A stretch of 64,000 nucleotides of DNA from Candidatus Obscuribacterales bacterium (GTDB lineage: Bacteria > Cyanobacteriota > Vampirovibrionia > Obscuribacterales > Obscuribacteraceae). The stretch's first letter is position 1; each line of letters starts with the position of its first letter. The stretch is from NCBI GenBank assembly GCA_965228855.1, contig CBDDIJ010000003.1, forward strand, positions 1,760,001 through 1,824,000, read 5' to 3'. Shown here piece after piece: positions 1-9,210 of the stretch. A program made the position numbers and the translations under genes. The notes under the pieces were generated by a model. That model was not told where the DNA came from, did not search any database, and was given only the letters and a program-made list of their open reading frames with translations.

Positions 1-2695
1 CATCTCGAAGACTTACGTTCGCTGAAGCTAGATAAGGAGCAATTGTCTCAATTTCCAGTTCCGGAAAGCGCTCGACGGTTTCGCACTCTAAAATTCTCCA
101 ATTCAACCAGCGATCGCCTCCGTAGTTCGATAATTCGCGTGCCAATTCGATTGCATCCGAAATTGAATCGGCGTCAACCAGATCTGGAAAACACTGCTGC
201 AGTGTTAGCGCGGCGCGGTGAAACATTAAAGTCACGGCGTTATCATCATCAGATGGATTTCTGAAGCAGAGCGCGAGAAACGTTCTTATATGCTGTTCAG
301 AAGGTAGCTCTTTTCGCGGAATAGAATTTGCAGGTTTTGAAAACAGAATCTCTAACGTTCTGAAAGCTGCTATCTGCGCCTCATCATCGTTAAATCGAAG
401 AAGTCTCTCGATGGGCTCAAGCAGGTCTGTCTCACCCCAAACGCTCAATGCAACAATTGCGGATGACGCGATTTTTGCGTTGTGATTAGTTAAACCAAAT
501 TTGAGCAACTTCCAGAGGGCACCACAAACGGTCTCAGGCGAAACGATCGCCGTGACATTGGAGGAGTCTGCAAATCGAACGAATGTGTTTGAGATCGTGC
601 AAAGGAAGTCATCCCATGGAATCGCAGCAAGCCCGATGTCATAACCCTCTTTAGTCGAAATCTCCGCCTCGAATTCGCCAATGATCTCAATAAGTCGAGG
701 AAGCACCGCATCGCACCCCATCAAACTGAGCAGTTGAACAGCCGCTTCTCGTTTGTGGTGATATTCCTCGACATGACTCAACTCATCCAGGCACCATCGC
801 TCTAGGCGAAGGTCAAGGGAGCCTTGCGTTCTACCGATAATCGGCATAAGCCCGAGCATTCGAGGACCATCTTGATATATCGATGACCAGATGAACGGCT
901 GCAAGATCTCACTCTTGTTCTGTCCCAACCAATGACCCACACCTGTGGCTTCATCTTCGATAAGACAGTCGTCGCGCACGAACCCGCGGTCGCGGATAAA
1001 ATCGAAGGACTTCCACTGCAATTCATAACCGGGCAATTGGCGAGCAGCCTTTTCAAGCTGCGCCATGGTGACGTCGTCCTTGACACTGTCCCAGGCTCGG
1101 TCGAGAATTAGTGCTAACTTCTCCTCTTCATCAACTGTCTCAAGTTCTGCAGCGATTGCAGAAGCAATTGACTGCGCGCGCTCAGCATCAGCAACAGCAC
1201 GCTCCGTTTTCTCCTTCTCACGCTTACCTGCGCGCTCAGGAGCCAGATCCAGAGAAAGAAACTTCTCACGAACTTCATGGATGTTACTTATCGCTTTTCC
1301 AATCTGAGTGCGACCGTTTTCAATCTCTTCAATTAGTGATACCAAATCCCGTACCACTCTTGCAGAATGATTTCCGTAGGCGGAACAGCATTTTCTCAGC
1401 CGCTCAGTTTGTTTAAACCAAAAGAAGCGCCACAAAAGATAAACGGCTGTAGTGGCAAGACGCTCTCCGGTAGCAAGAAGAACCTCGAACTGCTCCTCAT
1501 CGAGGACTTTGTTCCAATTAGGATAAAAGCAACTTTTAACATCCTCCCAGTTACGTCGGTCGTCCTCCTTCAGAAGCTCGACTATCCATTGAGCTCTCCA
1601 GAACAGTCCGCGAATTGAGTTTTTCGGATCTAAATCCTCACCAAACTCTTCTTCACCAACAGTGTCCATTCCATCTGTACAAGCCCAGTGGGTCTGGCAC
1701 CGACCAATCAATTTCTGCCACGCGGCTCTGGTTGCGGCAGGAGACAAACGCTCGCGCTCGACTGCATCGGAAATCGCGATCCGGAATGCGAAGTCGTCGA
1801 GAGTAAGAGCCAGCACGTCGTCTATATGATAGGTATCATGACTCCAGTAGTAAACGGCGTTGGGCTGGGGAACCTCCTTTAAAGGTCGCAAAATTGTTGA
1901 GTAGATGTAATCGCTGTCGCCAAATCCACCGATTTTGACGGCACCCATAAACATGGATCCAATTTCTTCCGATTCGTTTTGCCAGCAGTGGCAAATCAGG
2001 CTCTCCCACAAATTAGTCTCATCGAACATTCGCCGGTCCGTAGTCAAATTGAACGTGCACGCTTCCCTACTGGCCGTTTTGATAAATTTGTCGATTTCCG
2101 GAGCGGTTACACCCCAGAGTTCTTTCAATTGAAGCAAATCCTCTCCATGGACTTGCTGGCGATCAGGATCGATTGCGTCAGCAACATTCGCTGCATATTT
2201 CTCAAGGTATCCATCCGGCTCAGCCGCACCGATTATGGTATCAAGGTCATAAGCACTGTCGAGGGGGCGCCCATCGGAAGTACATTCAGTTCCATCCTTC
2301 AAAAACCAGCGCATGTTTTTCTCTTCCCAGTTTGCCTGGCTATCGAACTCATATCGCCATGTTTCATCATTGGACGGATAGTTTTCATCGCTCGGGTTTT
2401 CGCTTCGGACAAAAACAAAGTGCCCGAATCGACTTCCCTTTTTCCAGACGCCACTGCTCGCCAACGTGCCGTCATTGTGAAAGCGTTCAAGCACTCCATC
2501 CTGAAATCCTTCGTTGTCGAAATTAGCTACGCAGCAGAGACTTCCGTCGGCCCTCCAATACCGCCATTCTCCGACCGGACACTCTTGCTTGCGTTTCTTT
2601 CCCCTAGTAATGGATTTCCCAAGTTGCCATTCGCGTTCCTGGCTCGACCATACAGCCTCTTGCGGCACACAACTTGGACGTTTGGGCTCGTTCAT
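1..2695 (-). CDS. Large multidomain protein, 3' end runs off the window: YwqK/MORN-variant-like N-terminus, SMI1/KNR4 (SUKH)-like middle, HEAT-like helical C-terminus
   Basis: Manual translation from ATG at 2695 (MNEPKRPSCVPQEAVWSSQEREWQLG) has no stop to position 1 (898 codons). Motifs: VGEWRYWRADGSL, DGVLERFHNDGTLASSGVWKKG; IGGFGDSDYIY...NAVYYWSHDTYHIDDVLALTLDDF; KREAAVQLLSLMG, ASSAIVALSVWG. Absent from the ORF track because no stop lies in the window. Confidence 0.85.
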   Translation of the reverse strand, partial: MNEPKRPSCVPQEAVWSSQEREWQLGKSITRGKKRKQECPVGEWRYWRADGSLCCVANFDNEGFQDGVLERFHNDGTLASSGVWKKGSRFGHFVFVRSENPSDENYPSNDETWRYEFDSQANWEEKNMRWFLKDGTECTSDGRPLDSAYDLDTIIGAAEPDGYLEKYAANVADAIDPDRQQVHGEDLLQLKELWGVTAPEIDKFIKTASREACTFNLTTDRRMFDETNLWESLICHCWQNESEEIGSMFMGAVKIGGFGDSDYIYSTILRPLKEVPQPNAVYYWSHDTYHIDDVLALTLDDFAFRIAISDAVERERLSPAATRAAWQKLIGRCQTHWACTDGMDTVGEEEFGEDLDPKNSIRGLFWRAQWIVELLKEDDRRNWEDVKSCFYPNWNKVLDEEQFEVLLATGERLATTAVYLLWRFFWFKQTERLRKCCSAYGNHSARVVRDLVSLIEEIENGRTQIGKAISNIHEVREKFLSLDLAPERAGKREKEKTERAVADAERAQSIASAIAAELETVDEEEKLALILDRAWDSVKDDVTMAQLEKAARQLPGYELQWKSFDFIRDRGFVRDDCLIEDEATGVGHWLGQNKSEILQPFIWSSIYQDGPRMLGLMPIIGRTQGSLDLRLERWCLDELSHVEEYHHKREAAVQLLSLMGCDAVLPRLIEIIGEFEAEISTKEGYDIGLAAIPWDDFLCTISNTFVRFADSSNVTAIVSPETVCGALWKLLKFGLTNHNAKIASSAIVALSVWGETDLLEPIERLLRFNDDEAQIAAFRTLEILFSKPANSIPRKELPSEQHIRTFLALCFRNPSDDDNAVTLMFHRAALTLQQCFPDLVDADSISDAIELARELSNYGGDRWLNWRILECETVERFPELEIETIAPYLASANVSLRD

Positions 2696-2904
2696 ACTGA
2701 CCTCGCTACACGCGAACAACAATCATACGTTCCTATAACTGTATCCAGCGAGACTTTAGGGGGCTGAAACAGAAGTGCTACAAAAGCCCACCTGTTCTAC
2801 TCCGAAGCCGGCTGTCAAGAATATAAAGTTTTGACAACTTTTCACCGTTTTCCGTCACCAGGGTGAGAATATGTCAGAAGCCCGGCAAACTGTCAGGAGT
2901 TTTT

Positions 2905-3300
2905 ATGAAACAAAAACTGCAAGAGCTCGTTCTGGTAAGCTGCATGTGCACACTAGGACTATCCTGGGCTGGTTTAAGTTGCGAGCCGGCGGCTGCTCAG
3001 TCTCTATCATTAGGCGATGACTTCTTGTCGCTAGACGTCGAAAATGGCGAAGTAAACGGGTCTACCATTTTCGGACATCATTTAAATAATACGCAAAGCA
3101 TCGCCCTTGGTGGCACGATCGTAGCGCTGATTTGTTCCGCCTTTCTGTTCCAACGTGTCGTTCTCCGCACATGCAATTGCTGCTGCGGTCCCGGAAAGTG
3201 CGAATGCGGGTGCGGCTGCAAAAACGACTGCCCTTGCTTCTATCGCGATAAAAGTGAGCACAACGATCAGGCGCGAAGGCGCCACTACGATTGGTACTAG
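2905..3300 (+). CDS. Small membrane protein with signal peptide, one TM helix and Cys-rich metallothionein-like tail
   Basis: AGGAG precedes ATG 2905; hydrophobic N-terminus ending AAAQ; TM IALGGTIVALICSAFLF; CNCCCGPGKCECGCGCKNDCPC. Confidence 0.7.
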   Translation: MKQKLQELVLVSCMCTLGLSWAGLSCEPAAAQSLSLGDDFLSLDVENGEVNGSTIFGHHLNNTQSIALGGTIVALICSAFLFQRVVLRTCNCCCGPGKCECGCGCKNDCPCFYRDKSEHNDQARRRHYDWY

Positions 3301-3383
3301 AATCGAGCAGCTAAGTGGTTCTGGAACTCACGAGGTTACGGCTTAAGCTCAAGCGGGTTCTCTGTTTGCATAAGAGCCACCGT

Positions 3384-3779
3384 TTAAAAGGCGGCGGCGC
3401 CTGCTTCGGCAACGGCGTGATCTTGGTCGCCGGAACCGCCACTAACACCAATACTTCCGACGACTTTTCCATCTTTCTTCAACGGAATACCACCGGCGAA
3501 AATCATTATCTTGCCATCGTTGGAAGCATGAATTCCATAAAACTGTTTGCCAGGCGCAGCGTGTTCAGCCAGATCTTTGGTCGAGATATCGAATGCGCGC
3601 GAAGTAAATGCTTTCTTCATCGAGATATCAATGCTTCCTAACCATGCGCCGTCCATGCGAACATGCGCCACCAAGTTCGCACCTGAATCAGCAACAGCGA
3701 TGTTCATCGGTTGACCGATTTCAGCCGCTTTCTTCTCGGCTGCTGCGATGATTCTTCTTGCATCTTCCAACGTGACCAT
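3384..3779 (-). CDS. GlcG/HbpS family heme-binding protein
   Basis: AVADSGANLVAHVRMDGA, SIDISMKKAFTS, GGIPL...GSIGVSGG...DHAVAEAG; 131 aa; AGGAG RBS. Confidence 0.92.
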   Translation of the reverse strand: MVTLEDARRIIAAAEKKAAEIGQPMNIAVADSGANLVAHVRMDGAWLGSIDISMKKAFTSRAFDISTKDLAEHAAPGKQFYGIHASNDGKIMIFAGGIPLKKDGKVVGSIGVSGGSGDQDHAVAEAGAAAF

Positions 3780-3911
3780 TCTCGTCTCCTTAATCGTGAC
3801 AACCTGGCGGCAACAAAAACCGCACTCCAGAGGAATGCGGTAATTGTACTTCAGTACGACATGTCAGCAGTTAAGCTGAAAGGTCCTCTAATATCGGCGC
3901 AAGTGAAAACC

Positions 3912-5207
3912 CTAAGCAGCCTTAGATTTTCGGGTTGATGCTTTTTTACTTTTTGCGCTGGCCACCGGCTTCTTGACAGTTGTCTTTTTAGCCGTAGCCT
4001 TTTTCTTGGTCGACGCAGCCGCTACCTTTTTAGGTTTGGCTGCCGTTTTTCTCGCGCTGGGCTTGACGGTCGTTTTCGTAGCTCCCGTTTTCTTAGCTAC
4101 AGTTTTTTTAGCTGTAGATTTCTTGACAGGGCTCTTTTTCGCCGCAGTTTTCTTGACCGCAGCTTTTCCGGACGAAGTTTTCCTAGCTACCGCTTTTTTC
4201 GAAGCGGGCTTAGCCGCCGAAGTTTTCTTCGCCGCGCTCTTCGTGGCGGTCGATTTCACCGCAGATTTTCTTGTAGATACCTTTTTAGTGGTCTTGGAGG
4301 TCGTCTTCTTAGCCGGCGTCTTTTTGCCCACGGACTTTCCACCAGTGGCAGCCGATCCTCTTTTCGTTGATGCTTTCTTCGTTGAACTCGACTTAGCTGG
4401 GGTCTTTCTCGAGGCGGCTTTAGATGCTGGTTTCTTCCCTGAAGATTTCTTAGGTGACGATTTGCTTCCTCCAGTTTTCTTAGCCGTAGTTTTCTTAGGC
4501 GCAGTTTTCTTCGCCGCGCCTTTAGCTGTAGACTTTGACGACTTCGCAGGTGCAGCTTTTTTCGCAGGCGCACGTTTTGCTGCTCGAGTTACTGTCCGTC
4601 TCGGTTTATGCATTACAGGCTCCGGAGCCTCGGCTTCCGGTTCAAATGTCGCATTTTGCTCCTTCAACTCCTCTTTCTCATCTTGAAACTCGCGACCAAG
4701 TTCTTCCAATTCTTCCTTCGACTCATGCAATTTTGGAAGCAAGTCGAGTTCCTCTTCGGTGACGTGATGTTTAATCATTTCTTGAAGAACTTTCACCTTT
4801 GCTTCAAAGTTCTCTTCGTCACCGGAAAACTTAGACAACTGCGAAATGAGCGTCTGGGCTGCTTCGTGCTCCTCGAACGCCTCATGGACTTTCTCCTTCT
4901 CATCTTCATCATTCGCTTCGCCAAGCTTAGAGTAGACGAGCTTTTCCTCGGCAATTGTATGAAGAGTCAACTCCTCGAGGATTAAACGAAGGATTGCGAC
5001 TTTCTCCCTTTTGCCGTCTGCATTTTCAAAATCTTTAAATAGTCTTTCTACTTTGCGGTGATCGGCTTTAAGCAAATCGATCACATTTTCGGAGGGAGGC
5101 GCTTCACCGAATTGCAGTACTGTTTTAATCGTTTCGTTAATTGGCGCGATCAGTTTTTCCTGGATCGTCTCAGTAATCGTTTCTGCCAGTGGCTTTTCGT
5201 TGTCCAT
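3912..5207 (-). CDS. Hemerythrin (HHE) domain fused to a histone H1-like Lys/Ala-rich tail
   Basis: LLKADHRKV, LHTIAEEKLVY, EEHEAA, KHHVTEEE; ~230 C-terminal residues of PAKK/TAKK/AAKK motifs; GGAGG RBS. Confidence 0.9.
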   Translation of the reverse strand: MDNEKPLAETITETIQEKLIAPINETIKTVLQFGEAPPSENVIDLLKADHRKVERLFKDFENADGKREKVAILRLILEELTLHTIAEEKLVYSKLGEANDEDEKEKVHEAFEEHEAAQTLISQLSKFSGDEENFEAKVKVLQEMIKHHVTEEELDLLPKLHESKEELEELGREFQDEKEELKEQNATFEPEAEAPEPVMHKPRRTVTRAAKRAPAKKAAPAKSSKSTAKGAAKKTAPKKTTAKKTGGSKSSPKKSSGKKPASKAASRKTPAKSSSTKKASTKRGSAATGGKSVGKKTPAKKTTSKTTKKVSTRKSAVKSTATKSAAKKTSAAKPASKKAVARKTSSGKAAVKKTAAKKSPVKKSTAKKTVAKKTGATKTTVKPSARKTAAKPKKVAAASTKKKATAKKTTVKKPVASAKSKKASTRKSKAA

Positions 5208-5300
5208 CGTGTTACCTCCATACGATGCTCAGAATTGTTGTTAAATTCTGGTCAGTTACGAGACAGGTAATCGACTAATTAGTTCCCATAAATAATCAGT

Positions 5301-6281
5301 TTATGAAAAACCGAGCACCGGATGGGGCACATAGTCGGCCTCCAGCACTCTCAATTCATCACCGTTTAATTTCAGAGAAACAGATGCGACTGCATCCTTC
5401 AAATGTTCCATTTTGGTGGCACCAATTATCGGCGCGGTGATACCATCCTGTTGCAGCAGCCAGGCTAGCGCAACTTGAGCCCGTGAAACTTTACGCTTCT
5501 CTGCTATTTTCGCTACTGCCTCGACAACCTTTCTATCGGCATCAGCTGTGGTGGCATAGAGACGCTTTCCAAATTCATCTGTCTCCGAGCGCTCAGTTTT
5601 CTCGTCCCAATCTCTTGTTAAACGACCGCGCGCCAGAGGACTCCACGGAATGATGCCCACACCCTCTTCACGACAAAGCGGAATCATTTCACGTTCTTCT
5701 TCCCTGTAAAGAAGATTGACGTAGTTCTGCATGCTTACGAATTTTGCCCAGCCATTTTTCTCCGATAGATGAAGAGATTTAGCGAATTGCCATGCGTACA
5801 TCGAAGAGGCTCCTATGTAGCGAGCCTTACCTGCACGGACGACATCATTTAAAGCATCCAGAGTTTCCTCAATCGGAGTCGAGTAATCCCACCTGTGAAT
5901 CTGGTAAAGGTCTACGTAATCCGTTTCAAGTCTTTTCAAACTGTGATCTATTTCGGTGAGAATTGCCTTGCGCGATAATCCTGCGCCATTGGCTCCTTTC
6001 CGCATACGACCATTAACCTTTGTGGCAACAACTACATCGTCGCGTTTTGCAAAGTCCTTGAGTGCTCGACCAACAAATTCTTCGCTTGTACCATCCGAAT
6101 ATACGTTCGCCGTATCAAAAAAGTTTATACCGAGGTTCAAAGCCTCTTTGATGAAACCGCGACTGGATTCCTCATCCAAAGTCCACGAGTGCGCCCCACG
6201 GTCCGACACTCCATAACTCATACAGCCCAGGCAAATGCGCGAGACATCGAGTCCAGTCTTCCCCAGTTTTACATATTCCAT
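5301..6281 (-). CDS. yajO: Aldo/keto reductase, YajO-like
   Basis: LGKTGLDVSRICLGCMSYG, GINFFDTANVYSDGTSEE, VATKV, DYVDLYQIHRWD, PWSPLARG; closely resembles E. coli YajO as I recall it. Confidence 0.9.
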   Translation of the reverse strand: MEYVKLGKTGLDVSRICLGCMSYGVSDRGAHSWTLDEESSRGFIKEALNLGINFFDTANVYSDGTSEEFVGRALKDFAKRDDVVVATKVNGRMRKGANGAGLSRKAILTEIDHSLKRLETDYVDLYQIHRWDYSTPIEETLDALNDVVRAGKARYIGASSMYAWQFAKSLHLSEKNGWAKFVSMQNYVNLLYREEEREMIPLCREEGVGIIPWSPLARGRLTRDWDEKTERSETDEFGKRLYATTADADRKVVEAVAKIAEKRKVSRAQVALAWLLQQDGITAPIIGATKMEHLKDAVASVSLKLNGDELRVLEADYVPHPVLGFS

Positions 6282-6307
6282 ATAATAGATGACTCCGGAT
6301 TCGAATT

Positions 6308-6973
6308 TCAGCGACCGTTTCTAATCGGCGAAGCACCGAAATTCTTCAGCAAATCAGAGGGACCATCATAGATCTTGATCGCACCCGATTCAACAAGAAG
6401 ATCTTCCTCGAAGCCACCACTCAAAAATCCTATCGTGGACAAACCGATTTTAGATGCAGCAATCACGTCGTAGGGGGTATCGCCGACTACGATTGTGTTT
6501 TCAAAAGTCGTGCCAAGCTTTTTCAAAGCAACCTGAAAAATATCAGGATCAGGCTTGCTTTCATCTACGTCATCAGCACTAGTCGTGACATCAAACAAAT
6601 CGGTGGCGCCCAGCAGTTTCAAATAATGGTCCAGTTCATCTTGCTTCGCGGAAGAGCCCGCTGCCAGAAGTTTTTCACTCTGCTTTGTTGTTGCAAGCAA
6701 CGCATGTGAGTCGTGGAAAGCCCTTACTTTGTGAATATAGTTCTTCTTATAGTGCTCGCCGCGCCATTCTTCCAGTTCCGGTCCGAAATCATCGATTTGA
6801 GCCTTTGTTAGAAAGGTCGGCATGAGTTTGTCACCGCCCTTCCCGATCTGATTTCTAACATCAACGAACTTAGTTTCGATCTTAAAGTGGGCAAATGCCT
6901 CTTGCCAGGCTTTCGCATGCAAATCCACTGAATCTATCAAGGTACCATCGACATCAAAAATTACTGCTCTCAT
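6308..6973 (-). CDS. HAD-superfamily hydrolase
   Basis: Motif I FDVDGTLID, KPDPDIF, VGDTPYD. Confidence 0.92.
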   Translation of the reverse strand: MRAVIFDVDGTLIDSVDLHAKAWQEAFAHFKIETKFVDVRNQIGKGGDKLMPTFLTKAQIDDFGPELEEWRGEHYKKNYIHKVRAFHDSHALLATTKQSEKLLAAGSSAKQDELDHYLKLLGATDLFDVTTSADDVDESKPDPDIFQVALKKLGTTFENTIVVGDTPYDVIAASKIGLSTIGFLSGGFEEDLLVESGAIKIYDGPSDLLKNFGASPIRNGR

Positions 6974-7312
6974 ACGCCTCCGCTTTCAGGCTCAAATACT
7001 TCGCGAGAATGACCGCGGCTCTCGCTATGGTTGATAGGCAGCTCTATAGCAAAAGAACAGAATTTAGATGAATTAAGTTCTTTAGCATAACTTGGCAACA
7101 TTTTTGCTATAGGCCCGTCTAACTTGCAATGAACTGTTGATGCTTAATCCGATCCTCGGAAAAACTGACAATTTAGGGTTGGCAAGCGCGAATGTGATCG
7201 CCAATAAGCTACCATAACCGTTTATTGCAACTAACCGCTTGGATTTACAAGCGTCGGAGAGAGACTCGCGCAGCGGCGCACACGCATTTAGCTCAACTAA
7301 GGAGTATTCACC

Positions 7313-8995
7313 ATGCGAAAACAAGTTGCCAGAACACTTTTAGCTTTGGCAGCCACGATACCACTGACGGTTCTCGCCGTTTCAGCGCAGAGTAATAACG
7401 ACGAAGATATTTCTTTTTATGCTCAAGAGCTGAATCAGCGTATCGAGGCTGGACGCAATTCGATTTCATCGGATAACTACAATAATTTGCGTAATCTGTA
7501 CAATCAGATCGACATGATCCGCAGACAGTACGGAAACAAGAAAATGGGCGATGCCGAACGCAACAACATGATGGCGTCGTTAATGAATCTCGACAGAGAA
7601 CTTACGAAAAATCTGCACGACGATCAAAATGCACGCTGGCAGAACTGGGACCCGAACACGAGAAAGTGGCGTAACAACTGGTGGAGTAATAAGTTAAACG
7701 GAAATGTATCCAGCAACACCTACAATTTCAACGACGAAATCGACGCCTATCAACGTGATCTTAAAACTCGTATTGACAGAGGGCGTCAATCAGGACGTCT
7801 GAGTTCTTCTGAATACAACCGCTTGTGGAATCAGTGGGGAGTGATCGATCGCTCTCAGCAAGATTACAGGCGCGGCGGTTTCGATATGAGAGAGCGCAAC
7901 AATCTTATGGGAATGTTGACGCAACTCGACCGCGATATCACAGCACAACTACGTGATGATAACGATTCACGATTCCGCTTCTGGGACCCGAACAAGAATG
8001 CGTGGAATCAAAACTGGTGGAAGCCGGGTTGGACAGCAAGCAACGCACCCGGATGGAACAACAATAACAACTCCGGATGGAGCGGCGCCAGTCAATTCAA
8101 TGATGAAATCGACTCTTATCAGCGCGATTTGAAAGCACGAATCGACAAAGCCCGTCGCATGGGCAAGTTGAGTCCAAGTGAACTGAATAGCCTGACCAAT
8201 CAATACACTGAAATTGACAGATTGCAGCAGGATTACAGACGTGGTGGCTTCAATCTAACTGAGCGTAATTCTTTGATGACAAAGCTCACCAGACTCGATC
8301 GTGATATCACCGCTCAAGCGAGAGATGATGAAAATTCCCGGTACCGTTACTGGGATACCAGCAAAAATGCCTGGAATCAAAACTGGTGGAAACCTGGTTG
8401 GACAGCGCAAACCAATCCGAGCACCAACGTGAATCCAAACGACACGATGCGAAACTCGATGCAATTTAACGAGGAAGTCAATTCCTACCAGGCAAGACTT
8501 CGTCAGGAAATCAATCGCGGCGAGCGTTCCGGCAAGCTGACAGCAGCTGAAGTTACTGATCTCAACCGCCAGTATGAACAAATCGAAAGTGCACAAAAAT
8601 CTAGCAGAGGTCGAGGTTTCACACGCGGCGAACGCGATAGTCTGATGAATCAGCTCAGGTCTCTCGAAACCAACATCAACAATGCACAGCGCAATGCGAT
8701 CACGCAGAACTCAGCGACCGAGCAACGCCGAGATTGGAAACAAGACCAGCTCGATGCACGCAACGAACGACGTGACGATCGCAGAGGTTGGAGCAAAAAC
8801 GATAGCAACAACCCGACGGGACGGACGACAACACCACCTGTAGGCCCACCTACGGTATCACCTGCTCAGCCATCATCCTCGGTACCAGCTACAACGGCAC
8901 CGGCTCCCAATGCCAGTAACAGCAATAGCAACGACGACGATCGCGAACGCGGTCGCGGTCGCGGTCGAGGCGGACGAGGTCGCAACAACGACTAA
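7313..8995 (+). CDS. Secreted protein with four helical repeats and Trp/Asn-rich linkers
   Basis: AAGGAG RBS; signal peptide ending VSAQ; repeats FNDEIDxYQRDLKxRIDxxRxxGxLSxSE...LTxLDRDITAQ; linkers WDPNKNAWNQNWWKPGW. Confidence 0.88.
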   Translation: MRKQVARTLLALAATIPLTVLAVSAQSNNDEDISFYAQELNQRIEAGRNSISSDNYNNLRNLYNQIDMIRRQYGNKKMGDAERNNMMASLMNLDRELTKNLHDDQNARWQNWDPNTRKWRNNWWSNKLNGNVSSNTYNFNDEIDAYQRDLKTRIDRGRQSGRLSSSEYNRLWNQWGVIDRSQQDYRRGGFDMRERNNLMGMLTQLDRDITAQLRDDNDSRFRFWDPNKNAWNQNWWKPGWTASNAPGWNNNNNSGWSGASQFNDEIDSYQRDLKARIDKARRMGKLSPSELNSLTNQYTEIDRLQQDYRRGGFNLTERNSLMTKLTRLDRDITAQARDDENSRYRYWDTSKNAWNQNWWKPGWTAQTNPSTNVNPNDTMRNSMQFNEEVNSYQARLRQEINRGERSGKLTAAEVTDLNRQYEQIESAQKSSRGRGFTRGERDSLMNQLRSLETNINNAQRNAITQNSATEQRRDWKQDQLDARNERRDDRRGWSKNDSNNPTGRTTTPPVGPPTVSPAQPSSSVPATTAPAPNASNSNSNDDDRERGRGRGRGGRGRNND

Positions 8996-9027
8996 TCGGC
9001 ATCATAACGAGTTTGATTAATTGATTG

Positions 9028-9065
9028 AACGGCTGCGTTGGTTACCTACCTAACGCAGCCGTTTT
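9028..9065 (+). terminator. Intrinsic terminator after 7313..8995
   Basis: AACGGCTGCGTTG...TAACGCAGCCGTT stem followed by T run. Confidence 0.75.
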
Positions 9066-9118
9066 ACAGAAAGCGAACAAAGAAGAAAAAGAAAGTAAAA
9101 GAGAAAGAATACGACTAG

Positions 9119-9156
9119 AAAGAAGGATCGGTAGTTCAGCCGATCCTCTTTCTTCT
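9119..9156. terminator. Second hairpin between convergent genes, likely terminator of 9211..10053
   Basis: AGGATCGG/CCGATCCT stem; the upstream purine tract reads as U-rich on the minus strand. Confidence 0.6.
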
Positions 9157-9210
9157 CTCTCTTCTTCAAAATAAGCTTTTCTGCGTGCGTGGCGGCTGCT
9201 AACGAGAATG

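Noticed and set aside
1979..2767. 262-aa plus-strand ORF and other short ORFs in 1-2767
   Set aside because: Antisense or off-frame shadows of the long minus-strand gene starting at 2695.
3973..4686. 237-aa very hydrophobic plus-strand ORF
   Set aside because: Mirror of the Lys/Ala codons of the H1-like tail, not a membrane protein.
7044..7112. 11-bp inverted repeat CTATAGCAAAA/TTTTGCTATAG in a divergent intergenic region
   Set aside because: Single AT-rich instance, no target duplication or second copy in the window.
7997..8407. Near-identical ~40-nt DNA repeats as a possible CRISPR
   Set aside because: In-frame protein repeats ~370 nt apart; no spacer array and no cas genes.
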